Source of the DNA: an uncultured archaeon | GTDB lineage: Archaea > Micrarchaeota > Micrarchaeia > Micrarchaeales > CABMGC01 | DNA length: 32,000 nucleotides | NCBI GenBank assembly: GCA_963704435.1 | Contig: OY969902.1 | Coordinates: 1 to 32,000 of the forward strand | Reading direction: 5' to 3' | Shown: one piece after another, positions 26,653 through 32,000 of the stretch | Layout: each line of letters starts with the position of its first letter | Numbering within the stretch: position 1 is the stretch's first letter | Made by a program: the position numbers and the translations under genes | The notes under the pieces: generated by a model | Told to the model about the DNA's origin: nothing | The model's input: only the letters and a program-made list of their open reading frames with translations | Database searches by the model: none

Positions 26653-27915
26653 CTATACTACCTTATCCTGCAATAGAAATTTCCAGGCGGGGATCAATCT
26701 GACTTTTCCCCCATTAAGGCTGACTGATCTCTCGTCATTTTTAGTTATCATCAGGCCTCTATCAATGCCAAATTTTTCCATGAATTCTCTCAAGTATTTA
26801 AAGTCTCCAGGATTTATGGCCTCCCTGTATTTCACTTCTATGGGTACTCCGTCCCGGACGATGTCGATTTCTCCGCCATTCTTCCAGAAAGCCACGGCTT
26901 TTAATTTGTTAACGACGGCAGTCTCGACCATGCTCCCAAAAAATGCCTCATCGGCATTCAGCTTGTAAAGGTAGATTAGCGCATTGTCCGTAGGATAAGC
27001 TCTCTTTTTCTTTCTCAGGGTGGCCATACTGCCCTTTCTGAAGTTTCCCATGACGCGGATCAGGAAGCTTTCTCCAAGATAAACGAGATAATCTTTTATC
27101 ACCCGCCTGTCCTTGCCGAACTGCTTGCTCAGCGACTGGTAATCCACGTACATTCCCGGATTCGCGGATATCAGTTCGAGGAGCACCCTCAGGAATTCGG
27201 GGTCCTCTATTTTGAAGATTTTAGGTATGTCCTGGTACACGATTTTGTCCACGACAAGTGCCTTGATGTACTCTCTGAATTCCCTATTGCTTTCGAACAG
27301 GAAAGTTTCTGGAAAGCCTCCCTTCTCTACAAATTTAAGGAAGAGAGGCTTGATTTTCGTTTCGTACTTGAATTCACTCTCTTCGACGCCGCTGAACCTA
27401 AGATATTCTACGAAGTCGAACGTGTTCAAAACGAATTCGGAAATCCTTCCTGCCAGCGTCTCCTTCGTTTTTTTCCTTATAAAAAGGGATTCCGATCCGC
27501 TTATTATGAATTTGGCCTTTGGATACAGGTCGTAATATTTCTTTATCTCGTTCTCCCAATTGCCGCACTTCTGGATTTCGTCGAAGAAGATGTAGACCCT
27601 TTCTTCCCTGAAATCTTTTTTGTGGAACTCCCTGTACCCGTCAATGATTTCGCTTACCTTTGACTCGGTCTCATCGAAAGAGAAGAATAATATGTTCGTG
27701 GCGTCCGTTTTTCCCTCTATGAGGCTCTGGATCAGCTGGTATATTATCGTGGTCTTCCCAACCCTTCTCAGACCAGTAAGCGCCAGTATGAACTTGCTTT
27801 TGAGGCTCCTTTCCATTTCAAAATACGCGTTTCTCTTGAAGGGCAGTGCCAGTTCGGGGTCGACCTTTCCCCTCATCCACCAGTGGTTGAATTCTTCAAG
27901 TTTCGCTTTATCCAT
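26653..27915 (-). CDS. AAA-family ATPase with DUF4143-like C-terminal region
   Basis: ALTGLRRVGKTTIIYQLIQSL (Walker A), VYIFFDEIQKCGNWENEI (Walker B), IISGSES, VDYQSLSKQFGKDRRVIKDYLVYLGESFLI, C-terminal nuclease-like GGEIDIVRDGVPIEVKYRE. Confidence 0.85.
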   Translation of the reverse strand: MDKAKLEEFNHWWMRGKVDPELALPFKRNAYFEMERSLKSKFILALTGLRRVGKTTIIYQLIQSLIEGKTDATNILFFSFDETESKVSEIIDGYREFHKKDFREERVYIFFDEIQKCGNWENEIKKYYDLYPKAKFIISGSESLFIRKKTKETLAGRISEFVLNTFDFVEYLRFSGVEESEFKYETKIKPLFLKFVEKGGFPETFLFESNREFREYIKALVVDKIVYQDIPKIFKIEDPEFLRVLLELISANPGMYVDYQSLSKQFGKDRRVIKDYLVYLGESFLIRVMGNFRKGSMATLRKKKRAYPTDNALIYLYKLNADEAFFGSMVETAVVNKLKAVAFWKNGGEIDIVRDGVPIEVKYREAINPGDFKYLREFMEKFGIDRGLMITKNDERSVSLNGGKVRLIPAWKFLLQDKVV

Positions 27916-27923
27916 CGATATCT

Positions 27924-27976
27924 ATGTACATTACAATGCGCTTATTTATTAACTTTATGGTCATTCTGATGTACAT
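27924..27976 (-). promoter_or_regulatory. Promoter of the ATPase gene with two ATGTACAT palindromes flanking the TATA box
   Basis: ATGTACAT at 27924-27931 and 27969-27976 (45 bp start to start), with minus-strand TATA-like AATAAATAAG between them. Confidence 0.45.
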
Positions 27977-27984
27977 GTTCTGGA

Positions 27985-28968
27985 TCATATGCTGACGCCG
28001 AAATAGATCCTCGCGAACGTCCCGAACAGTATCGTGATGAACGCCGCGCCGAGGGATATGGCGAGCATCTCGAAGGACCGCTTTCTCACGCTCGTGCCGC
28101 TGGTTATCGCGACTATGGTGGACGCCCCGACAAGCGCTACGCTCACCAGCACTATTGAAGTGGCTATCCCCCAAACGCCGCTCATGCCCGCGAGGAACGG
28201 CAGCACGGCGATCAGTGCGCCGATGAAATAGTACGCCCCGGTGTGGTACGCCTCCCTTCTCGGGGACGCTACGCCGTCCTTTTCCCCTTTTCCCTTCCCG
28301 ACGCCCTTGACAAGGTTCTCCGACTTCGCGGACAGGTAGACCCCGCCGGCCATCGACAGGGTGCCGGAGATGCCCGCGATCATGCCTATGATCACGACTA
28401 TCAGGCTGCTCGTCGCGACCGTCGCCAGCCCGGCTATCACCGCCAGTATCTCGACGAGGCCGTCGTTGAGGCCGAGTATCGTCGACTGCATATAATCGAG
28501 CTTGCTCTCGTATCCCTCCACGGACTTCGCGAGGGCGGCCTCGTGCCCCTCCTCCTCGGCTATTATCGCGCGGGCGGAGCGCCTCTCCTTCTCCCCTAGT
28601 CCGCCTCCCTCGAGGGACGCCCTGTAGTTGGCGAGCCCCTCGGTCTCGTTCCTCTCGAGAAGCCGCACCACGAAGGCGGTGCCCAGCACCTTCTTCATGA
28701 TCTCGAACGCATGAATCCGCAGCCCCACGAGCGCGGGGCATCTCACGTCCTTCCCCCCGTCGCCGAGCAGGGACCGCCATATGGCGATGTGGCCCTTCTC
28801 CTCCGAGGCGAGCCGCGAAAGCAGAGCCTTAAGCTCCCTGTCGTCCTCTGCGCCGGCGAGCGCGGAATATACCGCGTGGTCGAGCATCTCGCCCCTTAGG
28901 AATCCCCTCTCCAGCGCCTCCTTGCTGACCATAAAACCATTTATCCTTTCGTTCAGTATTGCATCCAT
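27985..28968 (-). CDS. Ferritin-like/rubrerythrin N-domain fused to VIT1-like membrane domain (metal transporter family); start 28968 or M13 at 28932
   Basis: Ferritin-like SEEKGHIAIW and AEEEGHEAAL; VIT-like DYMQSTILGLNDGLVEILAVIAGLA, GMIAGISGTLSMAGGVYLSAKSE. Confidence 0.83.
   Translation of the reverse strand: MDAILNERINGFMVSKEALERGFLRGEMLDHAVYSALAGAEDDRELKALLSRLASEEKGHIAIWRSLLGDGGKDVRCPALVGLRIHAFEIMKKVLGTAFVVRLLERNETEGLANYRASLEGGGLGEKERRSARAIIAEEEGHEAALAKSVEGYESKLDYMQSTILGLNDGLVEILAVIAGLATVATSSLIVVIIGMIAGISGTLSMAGGVYLSAKSENLVKGVGKGKGEKDGVASPRREAYHTGAYYFIGALIAVLPFLAGMSGVWGIATSIVLVSVALVGASTIVAITSGTSVRKRSFEMLAISLGAAFITILFGTFARIYFGVSI
27987..28068 (-). repeat. 82-bp direct repeat copy B, within the 3' end of the VIT-like CDS
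   Basis: 78/82 identity with 26536-26617. Confidence 0.93.
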
Positions 28969-29536
28969 GGGTCTTTTAAGCGTTTTCGGCCCTCGCGACC
29001 GCTCGTATTCGGGAAAGCATACCTACAGGCACGTCGAGCGCCTGCTCAGGCGCGAGCGGAACCTGATGATAGTGTCTCCGTACATAGACGACTACTACGC
29101 GAGGTACCTGATGAGGCACTGCAGGGGCAAGAACGTCAGGGTGCTGTCGTCGTCGATGAGGCCAGAGGCGGCAAGGCGCCTGAGGGGAAGGGACATGGGT
29201 CCTGCCGTCACCTTCGCGATGCTCGTAGCGGCGGCGAACCTGGCACTCTTCTTCCTGGGCAGGGCGTTTCCGGCGTTCGTCGCCATTTCCGTTGCCGCGG
29301 CGGCTGCGCTGGTCGTTTTCTCCTACCGGCGCAGGAACGGGATATCGCTTCGGGTCCCGAGGGACTTCGTGCACGCCAAGATGTACGTCGGTGACGATAT
29401 GGCGATAGAGGGCTCCGCGAACCTCACCTATGCCGGCATGCACGGGAACGTGGAGCACGTCAGCGTCACGTTCGACAGGGAAAGGATAGTGGAGCTCAAG
29501 AGGCAGTTCGCGAGCCTGTGGAACGTGGCGCGATGA
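28967..29536 (+). CDS. Phospholipase D-like (single HKD) membrane protein; track ORF 28781 start is too far upstream
   Basis: VHAKMYVGDDMAIEGSANLTYAGMHGNVEH (HxKxxxxD plus GSANLT); internal TM stretch AVTFAMLVAAANLALFFL...AAAAALVVF. TATA-like CATTTATCC 28 nt upstream of ATG 28967. Confidence 0.78.
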   Translation: MGLLSVFGPRDRSYSGKHTYRHVERLLRRERNLMIVSPYIDDYYARYLMRHCRGKNVRVLSSSMRPEAARRLRGRDMGPAVTFAMLVAAANLALFFLGRAFPAFVAISVAAAAALVVFSYRRRNGISLRVPRDFVHAKMYVGDDMAIEGSANLTYAGMHGNVEHVSVTFDRERIVELKRQFASLWNVAR

Positions 29537-32000
29537 ATCCCGAAAGGCTTAAAACCCTGAAAGCGGAGAAGATAGCGATGCGCATGCGACCCGAGACTCA
29601 CAAGACCCTCGGCAGGAACGTGATACCTACGAGGTACGTTCTGGAGTTCAGGCCCAGCATCAAGACCTTCAAGTTCAGCGGTCGCGAGGAGATAGAGGCA
29701 GACGTGAAGAGGCCCACCTCGAAGATAACGGTCAACTCGGAGAAGCTAAAGATAACCGAGGCGACAGTGGAGCACGGCGGCGTCATCGAAAAGGCGCGCG
29801 TCCGGGTCTACGAGAAGGAGGAGCGTGCCGTCCTGAGCCTTCGCAGCAGGGTCCGCGGCAGGGTCCGGATAAGGATGCGCTTCTCCGGGGTCAACAGCGA
29901 CGACCTAAGGGGCTTCTACAGGAGCAGGTACCTCGCCAACGGCAGGGAGCGCTACCTGCTGACGACCCAGCTGGAGCCGACGGACGCGAGGAGGGTGTTC
30001 CCGTGCTTTGACGAGCCCGAGTTCAAGGCGGTGTTCGAGGTGTCGCTCATCGCGGACAGCGGTCTAGACTGCATATCCAACATGCCCGCCATCAGCGAGG
30101 AGCGGATCGGCAATGGAATGAAGAAAGTGACTTTCCCGCCGACCCCGATAATGTCGACGTACCTGCTCTACCTTGGGGTGGGCAGGCTGGAGCGCGTGAA
30201 AAGCACCCTCGGCAAGCTCAGGATGAGCGTGATCACCACCCAAGGGAAGGGCAAGCTCACCGCGCTGGCGATGAATTACGCCAAGGCGTCCATCAGGTTC
30301 TATGAGAGGTATTTCGGCATAAGGTATCCCCTGCCCAAGCTCGACCTGATAGCGGTCCCGGATTTCGCGGAGGGCGCGATGGAGAACTGGGGCGCGCTCA
30401 CGTTCAGGGAGGCGGAGCTTCTCGGGGATGCCAGCTCGTCCGTGGCGCTGAGGCAGACCATCGCCGAGGTCGTCGCGCATGAGCTGGCCCACCAGTGGTT
30501 CGGCGACCTAGTGACCATGCGCTGGTGGGACGACATATGGCTGAACGAGAGCTTCGCCACGTACATGTCCTGCAAGGCGAACGACGCGATGTTCCCGAAG
30601 TGGGAGGTCAAGACCCAGTACCTGCTCGACACGGTCGACTCCGCGCTCGAATCCGACCAGTTCAGGTCGACGAGCCCGATACACGTCAGCGTGGACGACC
30701 CGGCGCAGATAGACGAAGCGTTCGAGCCGGGCATCAGCTACGACAAGGGCGGCTCGGTCCTGAACATGATAGAGGATTACGTGGGCCCGAAGGTGTTCAG
30801 GAACGCGCTGCATACGTACCTGAGCGAGCACGCGTATGGCAATGCCAAGGAGTCGGACCTCTGGCGCGCGATGGAGAGGGAGGCCAGGCGCGAGAGAAAG
30901 GGGATTCCCGTGGCCAGGGTCGCGAGCCGATGGATAAACGAGCCAGGCTATCCCCTGGTGAGTGTGAGCGCCGAGAGGGGCGCCTTCAGGCTGAGGCAGA
31001 GCAGGTTCTGCATCGACGGGGACGACTCGGAGCCGAGCGGCTGGCCGATACCGATAAGCTACCTCTTGCCCGGGAAGAAGGAGGGCAAATTCCTGATGGA
31101 CAAAGCGGTGCACAGCCTGCCCGGCTCAGGCGCGGCATGGCTGAAATTAAACCACAACCAGAACGGCGTCTACCGCGTCAGGTACGAGGGAGAGCTGCTG
31201 AAGGGGATCGGCGAGGCGATAAGGAAAAAGGAGCTCAGCGACGTGGACGCGTGGGGCGTGGAGAACGACCTCTTCGCATTTGCCAGGTCCGGCCGCATCG
31301 ATGCCGCGTCATACCTGACGTTCGTGCAGGACTACTGCTTCGGCCGCGGATACCCGCTCGACACCAGCATCCTCGACCACCTGGACTGGATGTACTACAT
31401 GCTCTATTCCACCTACCTATCCTCCCTCGTGGAGAGGCCCCTCGTGGCGTATGCGCACAAGGTGCTGGACCGCATCGGGACCGAAAGGAAGCCGGGCGAG
31501 AGAAACGTGGACACTATGCTGAGGAGCTCCGCCCTGCTCAGCCTCGGCGTGGCCGAGGACAGGGAGGCGGTCGCCATAGCGCGCGGGATCTTCAGCAGGT
31601 TCAAGGCCGGCAGCTCCACTCTCGATAAGAACCTGATGGGCGCGGTCTTCAGGATCGCGCTGTGGAACGGAGACCGGGGCGCGTTCGGCACGCTGAAGGA
31701 GAGATACTTGAGCGAGAAGGTCCCCGAGAACAGGATGCGCATCCTGGGTTCGCTGGGATTCGTCAGGGACACGTCGCTGCTGAAGGAGGCGCTCGATTTC
31801 GCGCTGTCAAAGCAGGTCAGGTATGAAGACGTGATATACATACTCAACGGCTCCGCCGACTTCTATCCGGCCGCAAGGGGGATCATATGGAAGTGGACCT
31901 CCGCCAACTGGAAGACGCTCATGGCAAGATACCCTTCGGAGACGAAGATGCTGGAGAGCTTCGTATCCGTGCTGTCCGCGCAGAGCGACCAGGATTCCAG
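29533..32000 (+). CDS. M1-family (puromycin-sensitive/tricorn-factor-like) aminopeptidase, partial: runs off the window. Start 29533 or M16 at 29578
   Basis: Open frame from ATG 29533 to the window end, missing from the ORF track because no stop falls in the window. Contains FAEGAMENWGALTFRE (GAMEN) and VVAHELAHQWFGDLVTMRWWDDIWLNESFATY (HExxHx18E). Confidence 0.93.
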   Translation, partial: MNPERLKTLKAEKIAMRMRPETHKTLGRNVIPTRYVLEFRPSIKTFKFSGREEIEADVKRPTSKITVNSEKLKITEATVEHGGVIEKARVRVYEKEERAVLSLRSRVRGRVRIRMRFSGVNSDDLRGFYRSRYLANGRERYLLTTQLEPTDARRVFPCFDEPEFKAVFEVSLIADSGLDCISNMPAISEERIGNGMKKVTFPPTPIMSTYLLYLGVGRLERVKSTLGKLRMSVITTQGKGKLTALAMNYAKASIRFYERYFGIRYPLPKLDLIAVPDFAEGAMENWGALTFREAELLGDASSSVALRQTIAEVVAHELAHQWFGDLVTMRWWDDIWLNESFATYMSCKANDAMFPKWEVKTQYLLDTVDSALESDQFRSTSPIHVSVDDPAQIDEAFEPGISYDKGGSVLNMIEDYVGPKVFRNALHTYLSEHAYGNAKESDLWRAMEREARRERKGIPVARVASRWINEPGYPLVSVSAERGAFRLRQSRFCIDGDDSEPSGWPIPISYLLPGKKEGKFLMDKAVHSLPGSGAAWLKLNHNQNGVYRVRYEGELLKGIGEAIRKKELSDVDAWGVENDLFAFARSGRIDAASYLTFVQDYCFGRGYPLDTSILDHLDWMYYMLYSTYLSSLVERPLVAYAHKVLDRIGTERKPGERNVDTMLRSSALLSLGVAEDREAVAIARGIFSRFKAGSSTLDKNLMGAVFRIALWNGDRGAFGTLKERYLSEKVPENRMRILGSLGFVRDTSLLKEALDFALSKQVRYEDVIYILNGSADFYPAARGIIWKWTSANWKTLMARYPSETKMLESFVSVLSAQSDQDS

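Noticed and set aside
26618-27986. Terminal inverted repeats of a classical transposon around the ATPase
   Set aside because: Comparing the sequence just inside the two 82-bp repeats (acggctgcct... and ...ttctggatc) showed no inverted repeat, and no transposase is encoded. A classical IS is not supported.
27908-28780. 290-aa minus-strand ORF overlapping the VIT-like gene
   Set aside because: It reads RRRGEGREMPRARGAAD... in a shifted frame of the VIT-like gene, whose protein has clear ferritin-like/VIT motifs.
30495-31628. 377-aa plus-strand ORF listed in the track
   Set aside because: It is frame-shifted relative to the M1 aminopeptidase frame, which is continuous from 29533 to the window end with GAMEN and HExxH motifs. 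The real gene is missing from the track only because it has no stop in the window.
1-32000. CRISPR arrays, tRNA, rRNA, integrase or defence operon
   Set aside because: No regularly spaced repeats, tRNA T-loop/anticodon patterns, rRNA blocks, Cas proteins or tyrosine/serine recombinases were seen. The HicBA pair is the only defence-like module, and it is a known type.

Overview
This 32 kb window looks archaeal: leaderless-type TATA boxes, an archaeal dnaG/hjc, and a methanococcal-type S-layer protein. By inference it comes from a DPANN/Micrarchaeota-like genome. Four blocks are visible. (1) 1-15.7 kb is an IS-bordered surface-glycan locus. It contains a minus-strand operon that reconstructs a complete GDP-D-glycero-D-manno-heptose pathway (hddA-hddC-gmhA-gmhB) plus a transaldolase that could supply sedoheptulose-7-P. 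Around it are two paralogous GT4-like glycosyltransferases, a GT2, FkbM and other methyltransferases, sugar-nucleotide epimerase/dehydrogenase homologs and a radical SAM protein. (2) 15.9-21.9 kb holds the S-layer gene (with hairpin/poly-T terminator) and two secreted/membrane proteins that appear to share an extracytoplasmic domain. (3) 22-26.5 kb is informational: hjc, a small TOPRIM protein, dnaG, a HicBA-like pair and a winged-helix regulator. (4) 26.5-32 kb holds an AAA/DUF4143-type ATPase bracketed by an 82-bp direct repeat that duplicates the 3' end of the adjacent ferritin-like/VIT gene, then a PLD-like protein and an M1 aminopeptidase running off the end. The strongest leads are the archaeal heptose operon near the S-layer gene, a UDP-Glc-dehydrogenase homolog whose catalytic Cys is replaced by His, and the ATPase cassette inserted at a gene 3' end with duplication of that end. 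No CRISPR array, tRNA or rRNA was recognised.
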